64,000 bases of DNA from Nemertoderma westbladi (Eukaryota; Animalia; Xenacoelomorpha), in NCBI GenBank assembly GCA_032718475.1, contig JAUCBJ010005792.1, positions 12,890-76,889 on the forward strand, given 5' to 3'. Below are positions 1 through 12,180 of the stretch, one piece after another; position 1 is the stretch's first letter; each line of letters begins with the position of its first letter. The translations under genes and the position numbers were made by a program. The notes under the pieces are model-generated. The model was not told the origin of the DNA. It saw nothing but the letters and a program-made list of their open reading frames with translations, and did no database searches.

Positions 1-66
1 TGTCACGCGAATAAGGATAATAAAATAGCCGCCGCTATTGTTTGTGACATCAATCTCCTTCCTTAC

Positions 67-211
67 CTGCAACTCGGACACCGGTAGGGATAGTCGCAGT
101 TGTGTATGCTGAGGTGTTGGATAACACTTTGTTTCAGTTTAAAAGCTTTGGGACACAGGTGGCATTTGAAACGCAACGCATCAGCTGATGTTTCATCCTC
201 ACCTTCACCCT
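67..211 (-). CDS. C2H2 zinc-finger gene, exon (last one visible; gene continues left of window)
   Basis: TTTAG acceptor, AG|GTAAG donor; translates EGEGEDETSADALRFKCHLCPKAFKLKQSVIQHLSIHNCDYPYRCPSC (one full C2H2 finger, linker, start of next). Phase 1 matches the exon at 456-634. Confidence 0.9.
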
Positions 212-455
212 CTAAATAAATAATAACGTTAATAAAAACAAAATTAATTAAAACATTAAAGGTTTGATAGATGAAAGAATTATTATTCTATTGAACCTGA
301 ATTGATATTGATATTGATATTGAATACCAATGCTGAACGGAATAATACACCACGAGTCATCTGTCTGTCACTAAGTATTGCTAATTTACCTTCACAAAGA
401 GTTTAGAAAATTTATAATAATAAGAGCAAAACTGAAATTAAGTTTTCGAACTTAC

Positions 456-634
456 CGCGTTCCGAATTCTTTGCATCAGACTCCGGACTAACTGGACTCA
501 GCATTGGGTTCTCCATTAGGTTAATGGGTCCGTGGGTCTCTATGTTACCGTCGTGCGCGGTGTCCATATGGTACTCAAAGTCAGTCTGAGACAGAAATGT
601 TAGGTGACACTGGCAACATTCTGTTTTCTGCATC
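456..634 (-). CDS. C2H2 zinc-finger gene, exon with isolated finger
   Basis: TTTTAG acceptor, G|GTAAG donor; CCQCHLTFLSQTDFEYHMDTAH fits C-x2-C-x12-H-x4-H; phases 2 in and 1 out fit both neighbours. Confidence 0.85.
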
Positions 635-655
635 CTAAAACGGATAAAATTGATA

Positions 656-1651
656 ATATTGAAATATTGGCATTAACATTTTGTAGGTCTACCTCCCCCT
701 CCCTGCATCTTATTTCAGTTTTAATCTCGATTTTAGCATTATCTAACCCTTCAAAGCTATGTTTAGTAAAAACATTTCATCATAAACCCATGGGAAATGC
801 TTGCACGAGCATCTCTCATTTGAGCCTAAGCGCCATTTGGTACGATATCAATAATTGGCCACAAAACTTAACTTTTGGTTAATTATATCTAGAAACTGTT
901 CATTTAATTTGATTTTGACTGATTTTAAGGTGCAGAACCCAAAAATCTCATCTGATTTGTATTTTAAAATGATATAGTGCATGATATACAACAATACCAT
1001 ACTGTACTTCAAAGCATATTAAAAGGATTGATAGATACAGATATATGTGCATCCAGCGACCATAAGAGTACTATATGGGAAGAAACTTTGAACATATGTA
1101 TTATACATAATTAGACAATGCTGATTCCAAATCTGATTTCAGATTTGCCCTACCCCATCAAGTTTTCTCACAATTGCCAATTTGAATTTAAAAAACCTAT
1201 CGCAAACGATTATGATGAGTGATGTAGATTCAAATGAGAATCAAATATGCTCAAAATCAATCAAAAACATTGAATGGAGCTTTGTTTATATGAATTATAT
1301 ATAATTAAACCATGATGCTGATTCCAAATCTGCTTTCAGATATGCCATAGCATATCAAGTTTTTTCAAAATTACCAATTTAAGTTAAAATTACTTATCGC
1401 GAATAACTGTAAGGAGAGAAGTTGATACAATAAGAGTCAAATATGCTCAAAATCAATGGCCGATTATTGATATCCAAATGGCGATTAGGTTCAAAATGAG
1501 TGATGCTCGTGCAAGCATTTCCCATGGGTTTGTGATGACATTTTTTTACTAAACTTAGCTTTGAATGGTTAGACAATGCTAAAATCGAGATTAACTGAAA
1601 TAAGATGCAGGGAGGTAGACCTACAAAACGTTAATGCCAATATTTCAATAT
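656..1651. mobile_element. MITE/foldback-like non-autonomous DNA element with ~200-bp TIRs
   Basis: 656-860 is the imperfect reverse complement of 1458-1651; internal direct repeat starting TGCTGATTCCAAATCTG at ~1119 and ~1316; non-coding, intronic. Confidence 0.75.
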
Positions 1652-2031
1652 GTCCTTGGCGTAATCAATTGAATGATCGATTGATGAGTTGTGCCGGGCT
1701 TAAGATTTTGTGTGATATCTCAAGAACTATTAGCTTAGCACTTGTTTTGAAGGTATCTACTCCCACTAAATCGATGATTGCGGTTCAAATAAGCCTAAAA
1801 TTAACTCTGTACAACAAATACAGAGGCCTTCATATCAGCAAACTCCATTATATTCTGCGCGCGCGATCAATCGGTGACCAGACGCTCAACTTCAGTGTGT
1901 TTGACCTACCTCTAATATTTGATGTACATGCTTAAAATTTCGCATGGCGTATTTTATGACGAAATGGAAACATTTGAGGGGGTCAGAGATTATAAATTAC
2001 AACCTTTCAAAATAAGGACCACACATTGTAT

Positions 2032-2331
2032 ACACGTTCGTGGGGTCTTCGCGCAGCACGAAGTGAGCAATGCCTTTAGCATATGGGCATCATTAACGAG
2101 TTGTCTGCCGTTAGTCAGAAGTCTTCAACACAATACTCGTCCTTCTCTTGTGCATCGTTGCGTTCGTTCGTTTTTGACGACATACATACCAAGTTTCGTT
2201 TAATTTCATCAAGGAATAACCGAGTTATTAGCGTTCAAAAATTTACGACGACGACGACGACGACGACGACAGACAACTCGCCAATGGCACCCATATGCTA
2301 CGGCTTCGCTCTCTTCGTGGCTCGCCCCACA
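2032..2331 (+). mobile_element. Dispersed short repeat, possibly Helentron-associated (HINE-like); copy 1
   Basis: 5' ACACGTTCGTGGGG...GCACGAAGTGAGCAA, internal (GAC)n, 3' TTCGTGGCTCGCCCCACA. Related copies at 3235-3431 and 26693-26906; 5' end on the minus strand at 44277-44303; 3' motif at ~6630-6653 and ~22195-22220. Class assignment is inference. Confidence 0.6.
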
Positions 2332-2941
2332 TTGTATAGTTATGTCAGATAGGTAGGGTGGTAGGGGGGGGGGGGGGTCTTTCGACGCAATCGAAATTCA
2401 TTCCTATCCAGGGAAAACCTACGCAAAAAACCGGTGATTTGAGTGGTCCCAAAAATAAAACTGGAACCTGTTTCATTGACTTTCGTTTATTGTTTTGGTT
2501 AGAATAACGCGCCACTATAACCTGCTCTTTTCGCTTAAAATTATAATTTAACATTGGGACGAGATATTTATTCACCGAAATGTGATTCGAGACAAATTTT
2601 TCCTCCTGTAATTATTGTTAAGTACAATAATTAGAAGACGTTGGTAGTTAAAAGTAAATGTCAAGGTATCAAATCAATCAATACAATAAATGCCTCACAA
2701 CTTGCATTTCTCAAACATCATACTTAATAAAATTATATATATACAATATACATCATCCTACGCAAAAAAATTATCATCTCAAATATAATTTAATTATCCT
2801 AAGTGTAAATTACTCTACAACATGCCTAGGCCTACGCTGAAACAATAAAGTAATGTTTCAGCAATAAGTTATCACGTTTGGAGTTGAATTCATACAAAAA
2901 TTAATTGTATATTATGAGTTGTTATCATTAAAACAACTAAC

Positions 2942-3141
2942 TTTGTATCTGAGGATATGTTGATACCGCTGTTGGTATCGATGTAGAACATATCCGACTC
3001 GGAGTCTGAGTCGGGTAGTGGTTCGATCGCTAGTCCCGGAACTACAATGTCGTTAGCGTTCCCTCGAGGAGTCAGCAGAACTGATGACGTCATACTGGGC
3101 GCACCGCCATTCATCACATTGGTAGATATTACTAGACCACC
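2942..3141 (-). CDS. C2H2 zinc-finger gene, internal exon (low-complexity linker)
   Basis: TTCCAG acceptor, AA|GTTAGT donor; 200 nt open (GGLVISTNVMNGG...DSDSESDMFYIDTNSGINISSDT); phase 0 in and 2 out matches neighbours. Confidence 0.8.
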
Positions 3142-3234
3142 CTGGAACAATAAAGGTAAATAGTAGACTGAAGTTCCAGACAGCTGCGGCGGATAATGTG
3201 TGCGGATGGAGAAAATAGTAACCCAAGTAGTATA

Positions 3235-3431
3235 ACACGTTCGTGGGGTCTTCGCGCAGCACGAAGTGAGCAAAGTTTACAAAGAGAAAAATGTGAGTGA
3301 GCAAAGAGTGAGCAAAAAGTGAGCAAAGAGAAAAATTTACGACGACATACGACGACGACAGACGACGACAGACAACTCGCCAATGGCACCCATATGCTAA
3401 GGCTTCGCTCACTTCGTGAGTGAGCCCCACA
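3235..3431 (+). mobile_element. Dispersed short repeat (HINE-like), copy 2
   Basis: Same termini and GAC microsatellite as 2032-2331, with a different middle. Confidence 0.6.
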
Positions 3432-3533
3432 TGTAACATTAATGTACAAAGTAGCAGAAGGAAGAAGCTTAGCTTATTGTTAAAATGCTGTATGGAATAT
3501 ATTATAACTTTTTGTTGGGCACAGCTTTGCAAA

Positions 3534-3795
3534 GTCGGCAATGACGTCCAGGTGGGATCGAACTGGTGACCTCCGGGTTGGAAATCTGACGCTCTAACCA
3601 TTCATCTAGCGGCTCAGGTAAAAGGTAGACCTGAAAATACTAATAGACTTGTATGTCCGCAATTTACCTACTCGTGGCCTCCCATCGGTCAATACCATCA
3701 TATGCTGCCACTCTGCTCAACCCTACTATACTTGGCCGTCTTTAACTTCCACCCGGAGGTCACCAATTCGATCCCACCTGGACGTCATTGCCGAC
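3534..3795. repeat. Inverted pair of tRNA-derived (SINE-like) heads
   Basis: 3534-3578 is nearly the reverse complement of 3751-3795; the minus strand of 3540-3615 reads like a degenerate tRNA (TGGTTAGAGCG...AGTTCGATCCC). Confidence 0.5.
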
Positions 3796-3891
3796 GTTGG
3801 ATTGCGGAACTTGCTTGACATTTAATAAATAATAAAATCATAAATTAATAACATACATTAATCGTATACGAAAGTAAAGTACAGTGCTTAC

Positions 3892-4835
3892 CGCATTATA
3901 TACATTCTCAACAGGCTTAGCAACCTCTTTATCAAGGAGATCCTCTGTAGCCGCCTCCAGTGTATCCTCGCTGGTGTTGGTCTCGTTCTCTCCAAAGTCG
4001 TCCAGATCGTGTTCCGACCCTCCATCCTCATCCTCTTCAACTTCAAGCTTCGCTATCAACTTCTGACTTATCGATTCGATGGTTTTCAAACCGTCTTTCG
4101 CTTTCCGTTTTCGCGTGAGACGCAGTTTTAGGTCGAGCTTATCGTCGGATGGGAGACTGTCGGTGTTGGACGCACACCAGAAGGAAGAATCGCCGGAAAT
4201 TACGTCACCAGAACCCTGGCATGAGTGGTCGCCACCCTGCTGCTCGCCTAGCAGGTTGGAATCGATCTTCACTATGCCGGGTCTGATCCGATCCTGGATG
4301 ATGATGCGAGGAGGGGAAGAGAAACCCACAGAGTTCACTTGGAAATTGGATTGAGATTGTTTGGTTAACAGATGGGGCGGTGTCTGATTGGTTAACAGAT
4401 GGGGCGGTGTCTGATTGGTTAGTAGATGGGATGGAGACTGATTGGTTAATATTTGGGATGGGGTCAGATTGGTAAGTAGATGGTTCGGAGTCTGATTGGC
4501 TTGTAGATGGGGAGGATTTTGATTGGTTATTAGGTGGGCTGGAAGTATGTTGCGTGGGAGGATGTATTGACTGGTGGGCGGGGTTCGATCGTTCGTTTGG
4601 GATTGTCGTCGTAGTTGGCGGAGTATTGGGGAGGGTTTCTCGGTCTCGTGCCGGGTTATAACGGCGCATTCCTGTTTTAATTGACGATATATAATAGCGG
4701 GTTGCACTGGGTTGCTGTGCGTAGCAACCGGAACAAAAGGTTGATGTTGTTGTGTCGTTGCTATGATATCTTTTACAAGTGAGATGGGCTGGTTTGTGTT
4801 AAACGGTTCCGAATGATAACTCACCGTATCACCTC
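3892..4835 (-). CDS. C2H2 zinc-finger gene, large exon (Q/P/T-rich, 9-aa repeats, basic NLS-like RLTRKRKAK, acidic tract)
   Basis: TTTAG acceptor, GCG|GTAAGC donor; matches the 328-aa ORF; phase 1 in and 0 out. Confidence 0.85.
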
Positions 4836-5843
4836 CTAAATAATATAAAAATGAAGATGAGTCATGTACTTACATACTAGTCGGATATGCGGGCGTTACA
4901 TCATAAGTATATAGAAAGTGGAGCTTACTCAGAGGGTTTTACAACTTTGAAGGAAATTTATTCTCTGAAATTTGACACATTTGTAGCTTTCGTTATTCTA
5001 AGAATTTGGCATGGTGTTGTTTTTTAAATTTCGTGGCCCGACCTTCGAAATATGGCGTCCAAATATTGATTTTGTCTCTTATTTCTGTGCCGTTGTGCCG
5101 ACTTTGCGGTGTTGTGCGAGGAAACATTTTTCAAATTTAATTAAAAATTTCGTGCGGCGAATTTGGCCATTGTGGCCACATTTTTATTTTATCAAAAAAA
5201 TTACTCCAATGGTGAAGTTATTATCTAGTTTAGTCTCTATCTCCAAAGTAGTTTGGCCATTTGGATTGACACTCATACCGAATACATATCCAATACAGTG
5301 GTGCATCGGGTGAAAATATTGGCTGAAAATATTGAACAATCTGCCAATAATTCAACTTTTGCCAATTTTGGACCAAATATAGACATTTTTGAGAGTTTTT
5401 TTAATCATTGTAACTATGTTTCTGTTCATTAGATCGATACCGTTCGACTTGCGCTTTATAGAGGGAAGGCCAAAAGTTCCAAAATGGCAAATTAAGGCCA
5501 ATTAGCCCTTCGGGCCAAATTGGCTTTAATTGGCCAAATATAGGGTTGAAAACCAGGTTTCCAGTTAGGTTTAGGGTTGAAGACACTTTTGCAAATAATT
5601 TGTTGAAGGCCGAAAATATGGTAATTTGTGAAAGTTATAGAAAAGGCTTTTGTAAAAAGTGTTTTTCTCCAAATTGTATCATTCAATATTTCTGAAACAT
5701 AAAAAAAATCTTTTTAGAGCTAAGAGAGGGCCTCACTTTGTCAATTGAATGTTAGTTTAATACTTTGATTGCTTCTTCTATTAAATAAGGGTCAAACTTA
5801 TGAAAACTGTAATATTTGCAAATTTTTCCCAAAATTGGGCCTG

Positions 5844-6021
<178 letters not shown>

Positions 6022-7341
6022 TTAATTTCCAAGTGTTTCACCCACCACCAGTTTATTGCACTACAATAATAATATTATAATTATAGACGTGGCCAATGTG
6101 TATGATGGATGATAGAACGATGAAATGGTGGCAACACAGAAGCCAGAGCTAGAAGGTTGTTGCCTCTAGGGTGTTACGTGTTAGTAGTGATTATTGCTTT
6201 GGTTATATTCAGCCATTCTGTAAACCTGGGTTTTTAGAAAAAAACCTGGTATTATTCACATGCGGGGGTAAACAAACTGCAAAGTGAAATATAAAGCAGA
6301 AAGTCTTTAAACACAACGTCTATTATAAAATAAATGTTTGCAGACAGCCGTTTCACTTTAAACACAACGTCTATTATAAAATAAATGTTTGCAGACAGCC
6401 GTTTCACCCTCACAAGAATCTTCAGGATTTTAATATTAAATAAATATATTATATAAATAAATATCATTGATTTTTATCCTTACTCTCTACATTCAACCCG
6501 TCCTTCATTTATTTTTATTTTTAATGAGCAATATTCAATTTGGTGCCCCAGCAAAGCCTCCTGTAGCGTTGCTATTATATTTGGAGATCCGGACCTTGAC
6601 ATGCAGACCCTTAGATTTCGCGAAGGGTCCGCCAACTTCGTGGCTCGCCCCACATACTGACATGCGGACTCTTATGTACCTTCAGTACTGCCGTGCAATT
6701 ATGTGCTATCTTGGATTTGCCTTTTTTTTATTTTATTCTGCAATTTGAATTCCGCTGGCCAGCACTCCTCAAATACTCTAAATATTTTATTTGACTTTTT
6801 ATTATTTTTTCTACCGTAACGGACCACCATTGTCCGGTTACAGGTTACAGAGACGGCGAAGGTTGCTCGCGGGCGAAGGTTGCCCATTTTGAGGGCGAAG
6901 TTTGCTACGTACCTTCACTACTACTACTACTACTACTAACGGAAACAACAACTAATAATAAAAAAATAAAACTATAACCTGTTCTACTGACTTTAGTTTA
7001 AGGTTTTGGTTAGAATAACATGCCACTATAACCTGCTCCCTTCCCTTAATTCATAATTTAACATTGAGACGAAATATTAATTCTTGAGATTTGCGTTTGA
7101 AGTTTCTCCTTGTCTCCCTGGACAATTAATAGGCCTAAAGCTATCTATATTGTTTGGTGTATTAATTATTATATTTTTTACAAAATAATGACACATCAAG
7201 TTTGTTCTATTCAAATAGGTCTTAGCTCTTTAGTCTTAGTGTGCCGTTTACCTACCATACACAACACACCCACCCGTTTTTGAGTGTGTTCTAAAAATTC
7301 ATTTAAATTCCAATGTGTTCCATATATAAGGAGTGCGTGTA

Positions 7342-8472
7342 GCATGTGTGTGTGTGTGGTGGGGGTCCGCATATTGGAGATATACTAACTGCATTTAATA
7401 TACGGGAGCATGTGTGTGTGTGTGTGGTGGGGGTCCGCATATTGGAGATATACTAACTGCATTTAATATACGGGAGCATGTGTGTGTGTGTGTGGTGGGG
7501 GTCCGCATATTGGAGATATACTAACTGCATTTAATATACGGGAGCATGTGTGTGTGTGGTGGGGGTCCGCATATTGGAGATATACTAACTGCATTTAATA
7601 TACGGGAGCATGTGTGTGTGTGTGGTGGGGGTCCGCATATTGGAGATATACTAACTGCATTTAATATACGGGAGCATGTGTGTGTGTGTGGTGGGGGTCC
7701 GCATATTGGAGATATACTAACTGCATTTAATATACGGGAGCATGTGTGTGTGTGTGGTGGGGGTCCGCATATTGGAGATATACTAACTGCATTTAATATA
7801 CGAGAGCATGTGTGTGTGTGTGGTGGGGGTCCGCATATTGGAGATATACTAACTGCATTTAATATACGGGAGCATGTGTGTGTGTGTGGTGGGGGTCCGC
7901 ATATTGGAGATATACTAACTGCATTTAATATACGGGAGCATGTGTGTGTGTGTGGTGGGGGTCCGCATATTGGAGATATACTAACTGCATTTAATATACG
8001 GGAGCATGTGTGTGTGTGTGGTGGGGGTCCGCATATTGGAGATATACTAACTGCATTTAATATACGGGAGCATGTGTGTGTGTGTGGTGGGGGTCCGCAT
8101 ATTGGAGATATACTAACTGCATTTAATATACGGGAGCATGTGTGTGTGTGTGGTGGGGGTCCGCATATTGGAGATATACTAACTGGAACTGCATTTAATA
8201 TACGGGAGCATGTGTGTGTGTGTGGTGGGGGTCCGCATATTGGAGATATACTAACTGCATTTAATATACGGGAGCATGTGTGTGTGTGTGGTGGGGGTCC
8301 GCATATTGGAGATATACTAACTGCATTTAATATACGGGAGCATGTGTGTGTGTGTGGTGGGGGTCCGCATATTGGAGATATACTAACTGCATTTAATATA
8401 CGGGAGCATGTGTGTGTGTGTGGTGGGGGTCCGCATATTGGAGATATACTAACTGCATTTAATATACGGGAG
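7342..8472. repeat. 66-bp minisatellite, ~17 copies
   Basis: Unit GAGCA(TG)nGTGGGGGTCCGCATATTGGAGATATACTAACTGCATTTAATATACGG; near-identical copies. Confidence 0.97.
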
Positions 8473-9507
8473 GAATTAACAGTAAGGATTGCATAGAGCA
8501 GGTAGAGCCATTATTTAAACGCAGGTAAGGTGCACTATTCTCTGCGGTGTTTCCTAGGCAACTGAGATTACATGAGAAAACTTATGAACAATCTGCAACC
8601 CGCCCCTGTTTGTTACACAAGCAACTGGTGAACATCCAACTGAACTAACAACTCATCTCAGTCATCCAATCAATATCCAATCCTGTACAGATTTCACTCG
8701 CATTACCATGGTAACGTGCAGAAGCCTGATTAAGCATGAGGTACCTTTTTACATGGGTAACTTTTAAATATTATCTCAGCTTTGTATGGAAGCAACCTAT
8801 CTCTACCTGTTGATACCATCAACAGGAACAGCAGTTACCCAGGCAACCCGCAACGAACAATAGCAAATGGTGGGGCTCATTGCGGCGGTTGAGTAATGAT
8901 AACGCGCCTAGCATTGGTAGTAGAAACCGGCACTATTATAGGGAAGCAATATTCGGCCATTACGTGTGCAGGTTGGCCTGTTAGTAGTAGCTTGGCAATA
9001 TAGTGGGTAGTATAGAGCAAAGCACAAGGCAGCTCATAGTAGGTGAACTTTATTGGCTACTACTATGGCAATGTGTGCTAAAAACACAGCAATAAAGATG
9101 AAATGCACTATTTTAAACAATTTATTACATGTTGTAAAATCTGCAAATATGACAATATAAAACTTACATAAATATGACAACAATAATATAATTCTAGCCC
9201 CCCCCCCACTCCCACCCGCACCCAAAATTATTAATACAATTAATTTTAATTTTGATGAAATTTCAGTATCAATTAAAATTAACGGGGGGGGGGGGGGGGG
9301 GGGGGGGTTGCTATTGGCCAAACCCCATCTATGCTGATCAACTATCTTAAATTCGTAACTCCAGCGGGTAACTTTGGCTTCCGCTGGGCGAGTAAGAAAA
9401 TTAAATGAAAAGTTAGTTAGTTGGAGGGACTGGGACTGGGACCACCTGTCTTACAGTTACAGGTATAACAGGTAACAGCCAAGAGAGTTATTAAGTGGGA
9501 TACTTAC

Positions 9508-9693
9508 GGTATCGATTGTTAGTCACGAGTTCCCGTAGACTCGTTGTCCATCTTTCTGTATCTCGGAGATTACAATGTTTCACAACATACTCATCGAGGA
9601 ATCCACTGTTGTCAAGGAGATAGTCTTCCACAAAGTCGTGAAGGAACTCCGAATTTAATTGAGTTAGAGTGTTGAACGTCGAATAATCAATAA
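9508..9693 (-). CDS. C2H2 zinc-finger gene, N-terminal exon with PDE10/PDE6-like helical motif
   Basis: TTGCAG acceptor, C|GTAAGT donor, 186 nt, phase 1-1; IDYSTFNTLTQLNSEFLHDFVEDYLLDNSGFLDEYVVKHCNLRDTERWTTSLRELVTNNRY; joins the 4835 exon in frame. Confidence 0.75.
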
Positions 9694-9825
9694 CTGCAAT
9701 GTACGCATTTATAAAACGATATAAAATCAGCTTTTCTATTACAGAAATATGGATATAATATAATTACATAACACGGAAAAAGATTTAACAATATCCAAAT
9801 CAATAACCTAACATATCAAACTAAC

Positions 9826-9859
9826 CAAAAGGTTTCCGTTCTTTCTGTTCCAGCACCAT
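9826..9859 (-). CDS. Candidate first coding exon of the zinc-finger gene
   Basis: ATG at 9859, MVLEQKERKPF, G|GTTAGT donor in phase 1 matching the 9693 acceptor (132-nt intron). Confidence 0.5.
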
Positions 9860-10090
9860 CGCATTTCACTGTAGTTGGGCAAACAATAGAGATATATTTA
9901 GTAAGTCATAAATAATACCAAACAGTTAAATAGAAAAGTATTTAACAATTACTGTAAAAAATCGAATAACCTTGTCACATCAAAACAATTAAGGGGAGGT
10001 TAAAAAAAGTTCAATCTATCAAACAGAAAAGGTCATGTTAATTCTGTAAGTTTATAAGAAAAATATTAAATTGTAAACATTATTGTGATT

Positions 10091-10241
10091 ATTTAGTGTT
10101 ATAGACTTACACTAGAACACTGCACTGCACATAAATAACATTTAGTGTTATAGACTTACACTAGAACACTGCACTGCACATAAATAACATTTAGTGTTAT
10201 AGATAGACTTACACTAGAACACTGCACTGCACATAAATAAC
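10091..10241. repeat. ~49-bp tandem repeat, 3 copies
   Basis: ATTTAGTGTTATAGACTTACACTAGAACACTGCACTGCACATAAATAAC x3. Confidence 0.9.
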
Positions 10242-10673
10242 AAAGTCATTGTGTTTCCTTTTATAAGTTTTATTCTCACAACCTTTATAAGAAACATTAC
10301 AAATATTATTTAATTATTATTTTAAAGTTTATTTATTTATTAACATTAACAAAATACATCTGACAGTATTGAAATAAAAATAGAATCGTATATTAGTAAA
10401 ACCAATACTTTAACAAATATTGAATTTTATAATTATTAGCTCAATAAAGTAATTGTGATAGCAAGCCTATTAGTCAGTCAACCTTAGTAACCAAACCAAG
10501 CCACTATGTCATATACAATATACAACATAGCTCCCGGCAAGAATAATATTAATATTGCAATATCTGAATGGACATTTTCAATGTCAATATGCAATATAAT
10601 AAGAGGTTATGACGTAGCTTTAATACATTACAAATAATATTGAAATATAATTATATTGAGTTCTACGTATGTA

Positions 10674-11200
10674 AAAAACGGTTACAATAAGGTTGATATT
10701 AAATATAAAAACGGTTACAATAAGGTTGATATTAAATATAAAAACGGTTACAATAAGGTTGATATTAAATATAAAAACGGTTACAATAAGGTTGATATTA
10801 AATATAAAAACGGTTACAATAAGGTTGATATTAAATATAAAAACGGTTACAATAAGGTTGATATTAAATATAAAAACGGTTACAATAAGGTTGATATTAA
10901 ATATAAAAACGGTTACAATAAGGTTGATATTAAATATAAAAACGGTTACAATAAGGTTGATATTAAATATAAAAACGGTTACAATAAGGTTGATATTAAA
11001 TATAAAAACGGTTACAATAAGGTTGATATTAAATATAAAAACGGTTACAATAAGGTTGATATTAAATATAAAAACGGTTACAATAAGGTTGATATTAAAT
11101 ATAAAAACGGTTACAATAAGGTTGATATTAAATATAAAAACGGTTACAATAAGGTTGATATTAAATATAAAAACGGTTACAATAAGGTTGATATTAAATA
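10674..11200. repeat. 33-bp minisatellite, ~16 copies
   Basis: Unit AAAAACGGTTACAATAAGGTTGATATTAAATAT, essentially invariant. Confidence 0.97.
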
Positions 11201-11789
11201 TTATCTCTTTACTTAGCGAATATTGCAGCTACATTTATTGGTTAGAAGCCACGGCTGCCTAGGTAACCTACTTCCATTAAAGTTGCTTTAGCTGCGACAC
11301 CTAGAGCTCGTTTTCGGAACTCGAAATAGAGGCAATACCAAACCGCTCTGTTATATTTAATTGATACCTGGTTCTGGTTCTTAAAGTGTGCAGAGATATA
11401 CCACAGTGCGCCTCCACTCTCAAAACTGCATGTAATATATACCGTTTTACTTTTGGCTGTTATTTTAAGTATAATTTAAATAACCATCGCACCACCCCCC
11501 AATATTACAAGTTTTAATTTATCGATTTTAATTATATTTTTAGTTACTTAAATTTATTATATATTTATGGTTTGTTCTAATATCACGCTCACTCTATCTC
11601 TATCGCGCCACCACCCCCGCTATACAACTCGTATTATACAGGATTACTTTTTTCATTGTATATATTTGACCTATCCTACGTGGTTTTAATTTATCGATTT
11701 TTAAGTTTTATTGTACCGTCAACTGGGTTTATATACCATTAATGTTTAGAATGTGTTTTAATATCATGCTGTCTGATTGTCTGATGGCG

Positions 11790-12180
11790 TCTGCAGACGC
11801 GTCTGTGGGCATCTGTGTCAGACGTCTTCAGATGTCTGGCAGATCTGACATCTGTAGCTCGTCTGACAGATCTGTCAGACGTCTGAGACAGACGTGTCAC
11901 AGACTTTTCCAGTTTCCTGCAAGTCTGTGACAGACGTAAAGACGTCTGAGACAGACGTAAAGACGTCTGAGACAGACGTCTTTACGTCTGTCACAGACGT
12001 CTTTACGTCTGTCACAGACGTCTTTACGTCTGTCGCAGACGTCTTTACGTCTGTCACAGACGTCTTTACGTCTGTCACAGACGTCTTTACGTCTGTCACA
12101 GACGTCTTTACGTCTGTCTCAGACGTCTTTACGTCTGTCTCAGACGTCTTTACGTCTGTCACAGACGTCTTTACGTCTGT
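11790..12180. repeat. 21-bp minisatellite with an internal orientation switch
   Basis: Unit TCTGTCACAGACGTCTTTACG; units at ~11925-11975 are in the opposite orientation; rich in the palindrome AGACGTCT. Confidence 0.9.

Noticed and set aside
7546-8496. 316-aa Cys/His repeat protein ORF
   Set aside because: Artefact of a 66-bp minisatellite in an intron of the opposite-strand gene; the first units are out of frame.
10656-11262. Repeat-protein ORFs (KNGYNKVDIKY)n
   Set aside because: 33-bp minisatellite open in several frames; no splice or start support.
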